The notes under the pieces: model-generated | What the model was told of the DNA's origin: nothing | What the model saw: only the letters and a program-made list of their open reading frames with translations | Databases searched by the model: none | Shown here: piece after piece, positions 1-9,412 of the stretch | Layout of the letters: every line of letters begins with the position of its first letter | How positions within the stretch are numbered: position 1 is the first letter of the stretch | Source of the DNA: Bacteroidales bacterium Bact_19 | Lineage (GTDB): Bacteria; Bacteroidota; Bacteroidia; Bacteroidales; ML635J-15 | Length of the DNA stretch: 64,000 nt | Reading direction: 5' to 3' | Assembly: GCA_001603595.1 (NCBI GenBank) | Contig: LUZK01000034.1 | Span: 4,760-68,759 of the forward strand | Program-made: the position numbers and the translations under genes

Positions 1-1
1 T

Positions 2-829
2 ATGTACCTCCGAGCAGAATATAATTTTCTATTGAAAGGTTTAATTAAAAAGGTAGAAGAATTTAATAAATTATTGAAAGATAAAGGTTTTGATTTTAAC
101 ATTGAAATTCGTTCCGGAGCAGGAGCTTATATCTGCGGCGAAGAAAGTGCTTTATTCGAGTCAATAGAAGGAAAACGCGGAGAACCTCGTAATAAACCAC
201 CATATCCGACAGTAGCAGGTTTATTCAACAAACCAACAAGCATCAATAATGTTGAAACTTTGGTTTATGCAACCGTTATAATGAAATACGGGGCAGAAAA
301 ATTCAAAGAAATGGGAACAAAAGACAGCCGCGGTTCGAAAGTGTTCTCAATTTCAGGTGATACACCAAATGCTGGAATTTACGAACTCGAACTTGGTATG
401 ACTGTTGCTGCTTTTGTTGATGAATTTGGAGATGGAGATACTAAAGCCGTTCAGGTTGGAGGAGCATCAGGAATTTGTGTGCCACGTAAAAAATTCAACG
501 ATATGATTATCGGATACGAAGGCGTACCAACCGGTGGGTCAATGATGCTTTTCAACTCTTCTCGTTCTATGTACAATGTTCTTAAAGATTACCTCGAATT
601 TTTCGCTGAAGAATCTTGTGGACAATGCACTCCATGTAGAGTTGGTTGTCAGCAATTATTAAGAGGTATCGAAGCTGTTAAGAAAGGCGAAAAAGATCCT
701 TCCTACCTCGAGACTTTAAAGAAACTGGCTCAAACAATGAAAATATCTGCAAAATGCGGATTAGGACAATCTGTGGCAAATCCTTTTATTTCAATTGTTG
801 ACAATTTCAGAGAAGAAATCATTTATTAA
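2..829 (+). CDS. NuoF-like flavoprotein subunit of a multimeric [FeFe]-hydrogenase (HydB/HndC-like); 5' end cut by the window
   Basis: ORF is open at the window start. NuoF-family motif GAGAYICGEESALFESIEGKRGEPR and C-terminal 4Fe-4S motif ESCGQCTPCRVG. Lies 20 nt upstream of the hydA-like gene. Confidence 0.85.
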   Translation: MYLRAEYNFLLKGLIKKVEEFNKLLKDKGFDFNIEIRSGAGAYICGEESALFESIEGKRGEPRNKPPYPTVAGLFNKPTSINNVETLVYATVIMKYGAEKFKEMGTKDSRGSKVFSISGDTPNAGIYELELGMTVAAFVDEFGDGDTKAVQVGGASGICVPRKKFNDMIIGYEGVPTGGSMMLFNSSRSMYNVLKDYLEFFAEESCGQCTPCRVGCQQLLRGIEAVKKGEKDPSYLETLKKLAQTMKISAKCGLGQSVANPFISIVDNFREEIIY

Positions 830-849
830 TAACTTTAAAGATAATAAAA

Positions 850-2643
850 ATGGCTAAGTATAACGTAAACCTTAAAATAAATAACATACCTATTACGGTA
901 GAAGAAGGCACAACAGTTTTAGAAGCTGCCAGAAAATTAAATTTTCGTATTCCAACATTGTGTCAACATCCGGATTTATGCGTTGCAGGTAATTGCCGCG
1001 TTTGTGTTGTTGAACAAAAAGGAGCAAAAACACTTGTTGCCTCTTGTGCAATGCCTGTTTCGGAAGGAATGGAAATTTTCACAAACAGTGAAAAAGTAAG
1101 AACAGCTCGTAAACACATCATTGAGCTTTTACTTTCCGAACACAATACAGAATGCACAAGTTGCTACAAAAACGGAAAATGTGAATTACAATCACTGGCT
1201 AATGAATATCTCGTAAACGAAAAAGATTTTATTAAATTAGTTTACGATAAAAAATACACAATTGATGACTTTTCTCCATCTATTATTAAAGATGACAGCA
1301 AATGTATCCGTTGCCAACGTTGTGTTCGCACTTGTACATCGATGCAATATGTGAGCGCATTAGCTGTTGCATACAAAGGTGAACATCAAAAGATTTCTAC
1401 ATTCTTCGAAAAGCCAATGAATTCCGTTGTTTGTACGAACTGTGGTCAGTGTGTTAATAGATGTCCGACCGGAGCTTTGGTTGAAAAGAATTATATAGAT
1501 CAGGTATGGGATGCTATCAATGATCCTGAAGTTCATGTTGTTTGCCAAACTGCTCCTGCTGTTAGAGTTGGTTTAGGGGAAGATTTAGGATTAACTCCAG
1601 GTAACAGAGTAACAGGTAAAATGGTTGCTGCATTAAAACGTCTTGGATTTGATTCAGTTTTGGATACAGATTTTACAGCAGACCTAACTATTTTAGAAGA
1701 AGGAACCGAGTTATTGACCAGACTTAAAAAAGCTTTGGTAGAAAAAGACGAAACTATTGCTCTCCCAATGATGACTTCATGTTCTCCTGGATGGATCAAA
1801 TTTATTGAACATAAATTTTCTAACCTACTTCCAAATCTCTCAACATGTAAATCTCCCCAACAAATGTTTGGAGCTTTAGCAAAAACTTTCTATGCTCAGA
1901 AAAAAGGTTGGAGAGCCGATAAAGTTGTTTCTGTATCAATAATGCCATGTACAGCTAAAAAATACGAAGCTAATCGTCCGGAAATGAGAGACAGCGGTTT
2001 TAAAGATGTTGATTACGTTCTCACAACCCGCGAACTTGCAATGATGATTCGTCAGGCAGGTATTAATTTTGATGAATTACCAGAAGAAAAATACGATTCA
2101 ATCATGGGAACATCATCAGGTGCTGCTGTAATTTTCGGTGCAACCGGTGGTGTTATGGAAGCTGCACTCAGAACTGCTTACGAAATAGTTACAGGTCGTG
2201 AAGTCCCATTCAAAAACCTTGACATTATTCCTGTACGAGGTTTCGATGGTATCAAAGAAACTACCATAAAATTAGAAAATTGTAAACCTGAATGGGGATT
2301 CCTAGAAGGAGCTGAACTTAAATGCGCTATTGCTCACGGATTAGCAAATGCAAATAAGTTAATGTCTGCTGTGGCTAATGGAACAGTTTCTTATCATTTC
2401 ATCGAAATAATGGCTTGTCCGGGCGGTTGTCTTGGCGGTGGAGGTCAACCAATACCAACCAACGAAGAAATTCGCAGGAAACGTATGGAAGCAATTTACG
2501 AAGAAGATGCTAACATGCCAATACGTAAATCTCACGAAAATCCTGAAATATTGCAACTCTATGAAGAATTTCTTGGAAAACCCAATAGCCATAAGGCTCA
2601 TGAATTACTTCACACTCATTACACAAAACGTAAGAGATACTAA
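850..2643 (+). CDS. hydA: [FeFe]-hydrogenase catalytic subunit (HydA/HndD-like, 597 aa)
   Basis: N-terminal ferredoxin-like Cys clusters. H-cluster signatures TSCSPGW, MPCTAKKYE and EIMACPGGCLGGGGQP. Confidence 0.9.
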   Translation: MAKYNVNLKINNIPITVEEGTTVLEAARKLNFRIPTLCQHPDLCVAGNCRVCVVEQKGAKTLVASCAMPVSEGMEIFTNSEKVRTARKHIIELLLSEHNTECTSCYKNGKCELQSLANEYLVNEKDFIKLVYDKKYTIDDFSPSIIKDDSKCIRCQRCVRTCTSMQYVSALAVAYKGEHQKISTFFEKPMNSVVCTNCGQCVNRCPTGALVEKNYIDQVWDAINDPEVHVVCQTAPAVRVGLGEDLGLTPGNRVTGKMVAALKRLGFDSVLDTDFTADLTILEEGTELLTRLKKALVEKDETIALPMMTSCSPGWIKFIEHKFSNLLPNLSTCKSPQQMFGALAKTFYAQKKGWRADKVVSVSIMPCTAKKYEANRPEMRDSGFKDVDYVLTTRELAMMIRQAGINFDELPEEKYDSIMGTSSGAAVIFGATGGVMEAALRTAYEIVTGREVPFKNLDIIPVRGFDGIKETTIKLENCKPEWGFLEGAELKCAIAHGLANANKLMSAVANGTVSYHFIEIMACPGGCLGGGGQPIPTNEEIRRKRMEAIYEEDANMPIRKSHENPEILQLYEEFLGKPNSHKAHELLHTHYTKRKRY

Positions 2644-2648
2644 AAAAA

Positions 2649-2673
2649 AGCCTGCAAAGCAGGCTTTTTTTTT
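2649..2673 (+). terminator. Rho-independent terminator after hydA
   Basis: Perfect 7-bp stem agcctgc/gcaggct with loop aaa, followed by a run of 9 T. An A-run precedes it, so it looks bidirectional. Confidence 0.8.
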
Positions 2674-2718
2674 ATAAAAATTTTTTTCATTCCTCTATAG
2701 GTTATTAAAAATATGATA

Positions 2719-2726
2719 TATATTTG
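2719..2726 (+). promoter_or_regulatory. Candidate Bacteroidota -7 promoter box (TAnnTTTG) for lemA
   Basis: tatatttg lies 24 nt upstream of the ATG at 2750. Confidence 0.4.
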
Positions 2727-2749
2727 TATGAAAATAAAATCTAATAATT

Positions 2750-3385
2750 ATGAAAAATGAACCACAAGTAAAAGGAAAAGGCTGTTTAGCATTTACTATC
2801 TTCGGATTACCGTTATTAATTGGATTAATAATTTTTGTTTTGTGGGCAGGTTTTTATGCTTTTAGAACATATAACAAGTGCGTTGAAAGAAATGAGGCTG
2901 TTAAAAATGCATGGTCTAATGTAGAAAATGCTTACCAAAAAAGACTTGACTTGATCCCAAACATCGTGGCAACCGTAAAGGGCTATGCTGAACACGAACA
3001 GGAAACATTTATTGCAGTTACTGAAGCAAGAAGTAAAGCATCATCAATAAACCTAACAGTGGAGGACCTTACTGAAGAAAATCTTGCAAAATTTGAAGCT
3101 GCACAAGAAGAACTTAATAGTGCCATAAGCAGATTACTTGTAACTGTCGAAAACTATCCGGAGCTAAAAGCAAACCAGAATTTTATAGATCTGCAAAACG
3201 AACTTAAAGTTATTGAAGCAGAAATTATAAGTAGAAGAGATTTATTTAATAATACCGTTAAAGACTACAATGTTTTTGTGCTTAAATTTCCAAGAAATAT
3301 TTTTGCAAAAATGTTTGGGTTTAGGGAAAAATCATACTTCAAAGCAAAACCTGGAGCCGAAAATGCTCCGGAAGTGAAATTTTAG
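2750..3385 (+). CDS. lemA: LemA family membrane protein
   Basis: N-terminal TM helix followed by the LemA-type sequence ERNEAVKNAWSNVENAYQKRLDLIPNIVATVKGYAEHEQETF. Confidence 0.85.
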   Translation: MKNEPQVKGKGCLAFTIFGLPLLIGLIIFVLWAGFYAFRTYNKCVERNEAVKNAWSNVENAYQKRLDLIPNIVATVKGYAEHEQETFIAVTEARSKASSINLTVEDLTEENLAKFEAAQEELNSAISRLLVTVENYPELKANQNFIDLQNELKVIEAEIISRRDLFNNTVKDYNVFVLKFPRNIFAKMFGFREKSYFKAKPGAENAPEVKF

Positions 3386-3410
3386 AAGCAACTTTAATTA
3401 TTTTTTAGTA

Positions 3411-3490
3411 AAAATTAATCCCAGGTGGTTTAGCCTAATTGAACCATTTGTAAATTCGGCTAAGCCTGAACTCTAAGAATGACGACTACG
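3411..3490 (+). repeat. GC-enriched intergenic module resembling the terminus of the IS-like element at 17167-17260 (solo end or MITE-like relic)
   Basis: By-eye alignment: ggtggtttagcc vs gggggtttgagcgg (17181-17194); gtaaattcggctaagcct vs gtaaagccgaagcct (17213-17228); gcctgaactctaagaatgacg vs the reverse complement of 30062-30084 (gcctcaactctcataaatgtcgg). Confidence 0.35.
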
Positions 3491-3599
3491 ATCTATCATA
3501 TTTACTCCCGTGGATTTAATTAAGTTTAAGTCTCTAGTCCAATAATACCGGGTTGATTGAAAAAAAAAGTTTCAAAACAAGTAACAGATCTGTTGCAAT

Positions 3600-4439
3600 T
3601 TAGCGATAAAAATTCATACTGTTCAACAAATTTGCCAAACCTTCATTTTCACTTGAAGGGATTATATTATATCTTTGTAGCAATTCATAAGGAGCATTTG
3701 CAACAACGTAAGCATTTTGGAATTTTACATATTCCAACATATCATAATCATAATAATCATTACCAACCGCAACAATATTTTCGAGCGGAATATCATGTTT
3801 TATTCTCAATAATTCAAGTCCATAAGCCTTTGAAACATGTTTAGGAAATATTTCAATCCATAAAGATTTATGGTCTATCGGGCTTGTTGCTTTTGTAACT
3901 TTAAAATTTCCAAAGTTTTCTTTTACGAATTGAAAATGATCTGTTCCTTCATTACAAATAATAACAAATTGCGAAGCAAGTTTAGGTATTGTCTTAGCCG
4001 GTGTGATTCCATTTGTTTTATAATAATTTATTCTGGCTTCAAAATCAGAATTATAATTACCGGAACTTGATTGATAAAAAATATGATTATAAGGCACAGG
4101 ATATTGTACCATAAAATCAAAATTATTCGATTTTAGAGTATTATATATTTCCAGAGTTTGGGATTTACTAAAATGATTTTCTGCAATTATATTTTTTGTT
4201 TTCCAATCCATCACTCCTACTCCTCCAGAAAAAATCAGATAATCAATAGGAAAATTCTTATCAACAATAGTTAAAAAAGAAAACAAAGATCTTCCGGTGG
4301 CAATTACTCTCAATATATTAGAGTTTTGTATATTTTGTAACCCATCAATTATGCTTTGTGGAATTACTCCTTGTTTTGTAGTAATCGTACCGTCGAAATC
4401 TGAAGCTAAAATGTGTGTTTTTTTATTGATATGCTTCAC
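3600..4439 (-). CDS. HAD-superfamily hydrolase (Cof/IIB-like)
   Basis: Motif I DFDGTIT, motif II VIATGRS, motif IV-like GNDYYDYDM. 279 aa. Confidence 0.8.
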   Translation of the reverse strand: MKHINKKTHILASDFDGTITTKQGVIPQSIIDGLQNIQNSNILRVIATGRSLFSFLTIVDKNFPIDYLIFSGGVGVMDWKTKNIIAENHFSKSQTLEIYNTLKSNNFDFMVQYPVPYNHIFYQSSSGNYNSDFEARINYYKTNGITPAKTIPKLASQFVIICNEGTDHFQFVKENFGNFKVTKATSPIDHKSLWIEIFPKHVSKAYGLELLRIKHDIPLENIVAVGNDYYDYDMLEYVKFQNAYVVANAPYELLQRYNIIPSSENEGLANLLNSMNFYR

Positions 4440-5106
4440 CTTTTTTTAATTTGGATAATCTGATTACAAGTTTTAACTGATCGTCGAAGTAATAATTTTC
4501 AAAATCTTTAAGAATCCCTTTGAATAAATTACCGAGTTTTCTATTTGTTACAACAATGATAAACCCTATATTTTCTTCATAAAACCACACAGGAACTAAA
4601 TATAGGTATGATTTTTTCTCTAAAGGTTTTATTGTTCCTAAAAATTTTGGATTTTCGGAATCGGCGGCTATTCTGAATAATTTTTCTTTATTTGGCAGGA
4701 AATCCTTATTTAAATCATCGCTTAAATATAAAGCATCGAATTCTCTAACTCCAATACCGGCATATTCAATATCAAAGAAAATATAATCAAAATGTTTGAT
4801 CAAAAATGAAATCACTTCTTTTGAAAACTTTTCAACATTGTCAATTTCTCCCAAAGCAATTTTGTTTCTGATAATATCAAAATTTCTGTTCAATCGTTCA
4901 GGTAAAAATACTATCAAATAAGAGTAAGCCCCCAACAGAACAAATATTACCAAAAACAAAATTACCACAATAATATCTACAGAGTATGGGACTTTCATAC
5001 TCGTAAATAATGTCCACACCGGAATAATTAAGGCCAAACATAAAGCTATATAAAAAATTAAAACAAGATTACGTTGAATACGGTTTATTTTTTTGAAGGT
5101 CTCCAT
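4423..5106 (-). CDS. Hypothetical membrane protein (two N-terminal TM helices plus a soluble C-terminal domain)
   Basis: Long ORF with hydrophobic segments LVLIFYIALCLALIIPVW and IIVVILFLVIFVLLGAYSYLIVF. Its 3' end overlaps the HAD gene start by 17 nt, suggesting an operon. Confidence 0.5.
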   Translation of the reverse strand: METFKKINRIQRNLVLIFYIALCLALIIPVWTLFTSMKVPYSVDIIVVILFLVIFVLLGAYSYLIVFLPERLNRNFDIIRNKIALGEIDNVEKFSKEVISFLIKHFDYIFFDIEYAGIGVREFDALYLSDDLNKDFLPNKEKLFRIAADSENPKFLGTIKPLEKKSYLYLVPVWFYEENIGFIIVVTNRKLGNLFKGILKDFENYYFDDQLKLVIRLSKLKKGEAYQ

Positions 5107-5169
5107 AGTTTTAATTTCTGTTACAAATTTAAAAATTAATTATTATGTTTTTAAAATATATTTCTCAAA

Positions 5170-6438
5170 CTAATATGCGTCAACAAAATCAGTTACAAAT
5201 CTAATCATATCTTCAAAAACAGCAAAAGTACAATTATCGTAAGTATCTTGTGGCTGGTGGTAAGTTGAATTATCTCCATCGGTATAGAAAAACAGAGCTT
5301 TAACACCTTTTTCATGAAAAGAAGCGTGATCGCTACCATAAGATAATCCAGTTGTATAAAACGTATCAAAATATTTATTTTTATTATTTAATTCTGTCAT
5401 TAGAACATTAATATCATTATGTAACTTGGCATTCATCACATAAACTCCTTTATCACCTGTTCCAACCATATCAAAATTTAGTAATACCTTTATTTTTGAA
5501 ATTTCAAAAGGTAAATTTTCTGCCATATATTGAGAACCTAATAAACCGGCCTCTTCAGCAGCAAAAAGAGCAAATACCATAGTATATTTTGGGGGACTCA
5601 TTTTTTTGTAAGATCTTGCCAAACTTAGGACCATTGCAACGCCGCTGGCATTATCATTAGCTCCAGGAAAAATTACATCTCCATACATTCCTAAATGGTC
5701 GTAATGTGCAGTTATCATTATTATACTGTCTGATTTTCCGGGAATATAACCTATTAAATTTGCAGTTGTATAATTTTCCACGAAACTATTCTGTATTTTA
5801 ATGTAAACAGAGTCACTCCCATAATTAATTTTATCCGAGCTTAACTGAACATGTACAAAATCTTTAATCTTTGTTCTAACCGTAAATTTTAGACGGGCAG
5901 ACTGTTCTATTATACCTGCCGCCTTAACATAATTTTTACTGAAGATTGTATTTGCAAATGCAAATAATTCAGGATTGTTTAAGCCTGTAGAATCAATACA
6001 AAGTATTCGGTCAGGATATTCTTCGGAGAGAAACTGCCTTAGTACCCATTGATTTGTTAATGTTCGTGCAGTTATCCATTCTATTTTGTATTTTTTATCT
6101 GTTTCAGGAGAACTTGGTATGACAACATAATCTTTAACAGGAACAAGTTCAATGGAATCAAACATAACTATTGTACTATTTATAAAACGATTAACACCAA
6201 TCGTAAAATTTTGAAAATAGCTGTCGCCAAATTTTTTAAGCCCTATTTTTTTAAACTCTTCTGCTAAGAACGAGGCTGCAATACTATCTCCTTTATTCAC
6301 ATACCCTCTTCCGTAAAATTCAGGTGATGAAATTTTTTGTACAATTTTTTTGGCATAATCAATATTTTGGGAATATCCAAAATAACACAAAAAAACTAAA
6401 CAACCGATAAAAAACAAATTACTTATTGCATTTTTCAT
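5170..6438 (-). CDS. M28 family metallopeptidase (aminopeptidase-like), secreted
   Basis: Signal peptide. Zn-ligand blocks TAHYDHLG, GANDNASGVA, AAEEAGLLGS, NFDMVG and SDHASF. Confidence 0.85.
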   Translation of the reverse strand: MKNAISNLFFIGCLVFLCYFGYSQNIDYAKKIVQKISSPEFYGRGYVNKGDSIAASFLAEEFKKIGLKKFGDSYFQNFTIGVNRFINSTIVMFDSIELVPVKDYVVIPSSPETDKKYKIEWITARTLTNQWVLRQFLSEEYPDRILCIDSTGLNNPELFAFANTIFSKNYVKAAGIIEQSARLKFTVRTKIKDFVHVQLSSDKINYGSDSVYIKIQNSFVENYTTANLIGYIPGKSDSIIMITAHYDHLGMYGDVIFPGANDNASGVAMVLSLARSYKKMSPPKYTMVFALFAAEEAGLLGSQYMAENLPFEISKIKVLLNFDMVGTGDKGVYVMNAKLHNDINVLMTELNNKNKYFDTFYTTGLSYGSDHASFHEKGVKALFFYTDGDNSTYHQPQDTYDNCTFAVFEDMIRFVTDFVDAY

Positions 6439-6591
6439 ATGTCAAAATTTAAAAAATTCGTATTTAAAATTTTAATTAAAACATTAATAGATTAAGAAAA
6501 GTTAAGTTTCACTAAATAATAGTTTAATGCTCCGAAGCAATTAATTATTTTTGGGATAAAATGATAATAAATTACCATAAAAATCAAAGTT

Positions 6592-7362
6592 TTAATTAAA
6601 AATCATTTTAGTTAATAAAATAAATTCCTCAGGGCTTAATTGTTCGGCTCTTTTATCAAAAAAATGATGATTATCATCAATGTGTTTTTTTTCGCAAAGA
6701 AGTAATTTTAATGCATTCCTAAGAGTTTTTCGCCGTTGATTAAAGGCTGTTTTCACAATCAAAAGTAAATTTTCAAATTTAACTTCCTCAATTTCATCAC
6801 GATATTTGGTAAGACGAATAACAGCCGATTTTACTTTTGGTGGAGGAAAGAACACTTTCTCGCTCACAGAAAATAAGAATTCGGTTTTATAATATAGTTG
6901 TATTAAAACGCTTAAAATTCCGTACTCTTTTGAACCCTCAATTGAACAAATCCTTTCAGCAACTTCTTTTTGCAGCATACAAACAGTTTCTTCGATAAGA
7001 GTTCTATTTTCCAGAATCTTAAAGAAAATTTGTGAAGAAATATTGTATGGGAAGTTTCCGATAACACAGAATTTATTGTTATTTACAACACGGATGATGT
7101 CTAATTTTAGAAAATCTGCATTATACAACTCGAAACTACCATCAGGAAAGCTCGTTTTCAAAAAATCAACAGATTCTTCGTCAATTTCAATTAAAATTAA
7201 CGGATAACTTTTACCAACAAGAAATTTTGTCAAAACTCCCGTACCCGGACCAATTTCCATTACCGGTAGATTATTTAGATTTTTTAAAGATTTTGCAATT
7301 TTTTCGGCAATATTTTTATCCTTCAAAAAATGCTGTCCGAGATATTTTTTTGGTTTTACCAT
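6592..7362 (-). CDS. rsmA: 16S rRNA (adenine1518/1519-N6)-dimethyltransferase RsmA/KsgA
   Basis: N-terminal KKYLGQHFLKD, SAM motif EIGPGTGVLT, NFPYNISS. Confidence 0.9.
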   Translation of the reverse strand: MVKPKKYLGQHFLKDKNIAEKIAKSLKNLNNLPVMEIGPGTGVLTKFLVGKSYPLILIEIDEESVDFLKTSFPDGSFELYNADFLKLDIIRVVNNNKFCVIGNFPYNISSQIFFKILENRTLIEETVCMLQKEVAERICSIEGSKEYGILSVLIQLYYKTEFLFSVSEKVFFPPPKVKSAVIRLTKYRDEIEEVKFENLLLIVKTAFNQRRKTLRNALKLLLCEKKHIDDNHHFFDKRAEQLSPEEFILLTKMIFN

Positions 7363-7394
7363 TAAAAATAACTTATAAATAATTTACAAATATC

Positions 7395-7402
7395 TATATT
7401 TG
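7395..7402 (+). promoter_or_regulatory. Candidate -7 promoter box (TAnnTTTG)
   Basis: tatatttg lies 20 nt upstream of the GTG start at 7423. Confidence 0.4.
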
Positions 7403-7422
7403 CACAAAAGAAACGAAAAATC

Positions 7423-8415
7423 GTGAAACAAAAAATAAAAAATATTCTTAAAGTTTTTGTTTTTGCAAGTATTGGAATAATCCTATTTTATTTGGTTTAT
7501 AAAGATTTTGATTTCAATTTGATTATTAAAGAAATTTCTGTACTCAACTGGTTTTGGATTATTTTGATGTTGCTAATAGGTTTAATTTCTCATATTGCAA
7601 GAACAATCAGATGGCAAATGATGCTTGATGACGAAAAATACAAAAGCCGTTTTTCAATTACATTCCTCGCAATATTAAATGGTTATTTTGCCAATATTGC
7701 CATTCCGCGTTTAGGCGAAGTAACAAGATGTGCCATAGTTTCTAAATACGATAAAATGAGTTTTTCGAAAGTTTTAGGAACTATGGTGAGTGAACGGGTT
7801 ATTGATGTTGTGGTACTACTGCTATTCACAATATTAGCTGTTTCATTGCAGTATCCTCAATTATTGAGTTTTGTAGAATCTACTCCCGGACTTGCGAAAA
7901 ATATGAAGTTTCTCATTTCTCCTTATTTCTGGATATTTCTAATTTTTATCTTTTTTGCAGCAATATTATTTTTTTATTTTTTAATCAAAGGCAGGTTTAA
8001 TAGATATTCTATTGCTCTTAAAGTTTTAAAGTTTTTCAAAGGATTTTGGTCGGGTATAATTTCGTTAAAAAATTTAAAACGTCCCATTTATTATGTGTTT
8101 TTAAGCCTTTTCATCTGGGCTTGTTATTTTTTGATGATGTATGTTGGATTTTTTGCATTTCCGGGCTTAAGTCATTTATCCATCGAAGCAGCATTATTCT
8201 TGTTTGTTGCCGGAAGCTTTGGAATGGTTGCTCCGGCTCCTAATGGTATGGGAGCCTATCATTTTATGATTATTCAGAGTCTTACAATTTATGGTATCGA
8301 ATACTCATCAGCTGCAAGTTTTGCATTCATATATCATACAATTATGACAATAGAACTAATCTTGTTAGGATTAATTTCGTTCATCCTCTTACCTTTATTC
8401 AAGGAAAAAAAATGA
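7423..8415 (+). CDS. Polytopic membrane protein, UPF0104 / lysyl-PG-synthase-TM-region (flippase-like) family
   Basis: About 8 predicted TM helices. The motif ARTIRWQMML...IPRLGEVTRC is typical of the family. Confidence 0.6.
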   Translation: MKQKIKNILKVFVFASIGIILFYLVYKDFDFNLIIKEISVLNWFWIILMLLIGLISHIARTIRWQMMLDDEKYKSRFSITFLAILNGYFANIAIPRLGEVTRCAIVSKYDKMSFSKVLGTMVSERVIDVVVLLLFTILAVSLQYPQLLSFVESTPGLAKNMKFLISPYFWIFLIFIFFAAILFFYFLIKGRFNRYSIALKVLKFFKGFWSGIISLKNLKRPIYYVFLSLFIWACYFLMMYVGFFAFPGLSHLSIEAALFLFVAGSFGMVAPAPNGMGAYHFMIIQSLTIYGIEYSSAASFAFIYHTIMTIELILLGLISFILLPLFKEKK

Positions 8416-8416
8416 T

Positions 8417-9367
8417 ATGCAAAACAAACAAAAAAAAATTATTTCACTTACAGTAAAATTATTGATTATTGCAATCTCATGGGCATATCTTATTTATATA
8501 ATTTACAAAGATTTTAAAAACCTCAATTTTTACCTCACCTTTAATATAGATATTTTACAAACATCATTTTTTGTTTCTGTTATATTTTTAATGCCTATTA
8601 ACTGGGCTCTTGAAAGTTTAAAATGGAAATATTTAATTTCAGAAATAGAAAAAGTATCATTTTTTAAATCTTTTAAGGCTGTATGGACAGGTGTGGCAGT
8701 TGGGCATTTTACTCCTAACAGAATTGGTGAATTTGGCGGCAGAATTTATTTTTTACAAAAGGATAACAGAATATTTGGTAGCTTGTTAACTCTTTATGGA
8801 GATTTTGCTCAATTTATTGTTAGTTTTTCGTCTGGTATTTTAGCATTATTTTTTTTCGTTTCAATAACGGATATCCAAAATCGTGATTATTTTGACAATA
8901 ATTATTTTATATTATCATTTTCAATTGCTTTAACAGCACTTGTAATTTACATTTTCGGGGATTATTTGTTACGTTTATCAGGCAAAGTATTTTCAAAAAA
9001 ATCTTTTTTTATAAAGTTTTTGAATTTTCCTAAAATTAAATTTTTAAATAAGATTCTTATTTTATTAATAGGTATTATAAGATATATCGTTTTTGTTATA
9101 CAATTTTTTTTGATTCTTAAATTTTTTAATCAAAACATTAGTTTTTTTAATACTTTTATTGCCCTAGCAGGAGTATTTTTTCTAATAACCATTATTCCTA
9201 ATTATTCCGTGTCTGAAATTGGATTAAGATTAAGTGCTTCAATTTTTTTCTTTAAAGAATTTGTCCCTGAAATTGAAATTATATTATTTTCTTCAATAAT
9301 GATTTATATTATAAATGTTGGTATTCCAGTTATTATTGGTGGATTTTTTCTTTTAAAGCAGAAATAG
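8417..9367 (+). CDS. Second UPF0104/flippase-like polytopic membrane protein (tandem paralogue)
   Basis: Starts 1 nt after the previous stop. Similar topology and a related block: LESLKWKYLI...TPNRIGEFGGR. Confidence 0.5.
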   Translation: MQNKQKKIISLTVKLLIIAISWAYLIYIIYKDFKNLNFYLTFNIDILQTSFFVSVIFLMPINWALESLKWKYLISEIEKVSFFKSFKAVWTGVAVGHFTPNRIGEFGGRIYFLQKDNRIFGSLLTLYGDFAQFIVSFSSGILALFFFVSITDIQNRDYFDNNYFILSFSIALTALVIYIFGDYLLRLSGKVFSKKSFFIKFLNFPKIKFLNKILILLIGIIRYIVFVIQFFLILKFFNQNISFFNTFIALAGVFFLITIIPNYSVSEIGLRLSASIFFFKEFVPEIEIILFSSIMIYIINVGIPVIIGGFFLLKQK

Positions 9368-9412
9368 CATAATTAAAATATGTAAGTTAACAAAATAAAT
9401 TGTAAGAATTGC

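Noticed and set aside
2649-2665. The same 7-8-bp stem (aagcctgc...gcaggctt) appears in two terminators, here and at 57406-57426; considered as a repeat element
   Set aside because: Only the short stem is shared, while the loops and flanks differ. This is most likely coincidence between GC-clamp terminators.
3386-3599. Long spacer considered as a known housekeeping RNA (tmRNA, RNase P RNA, SRP RNA, 6S RNA) or a riboswitch
   Set aside because: I saw none of the conserved signatures I know: no GAGGAAAGUCC-type RNase P core, no tRNA-like acceptor/TpsiC end, and no SRP GGAA/AGCA domain motif. Similarity to the IS-end family explains it better.
3557-3844. 95-aa + strand ORF
   Set aside because: It lies almost entirely antisense to the well-supported HAD hydrolase gene. 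Its composition is low-complexity and it has no motif.
6530-6556. ctccgaagcaattaattatttttggg as a possible further terminus of the IS family (compare cgaagcattagttcat)
   Set aside because: Only about 8 GC-containing positions match. The rest is AT-rich sequence that is common in this genome, and no GGGGTTT or other family blocks are nearby.
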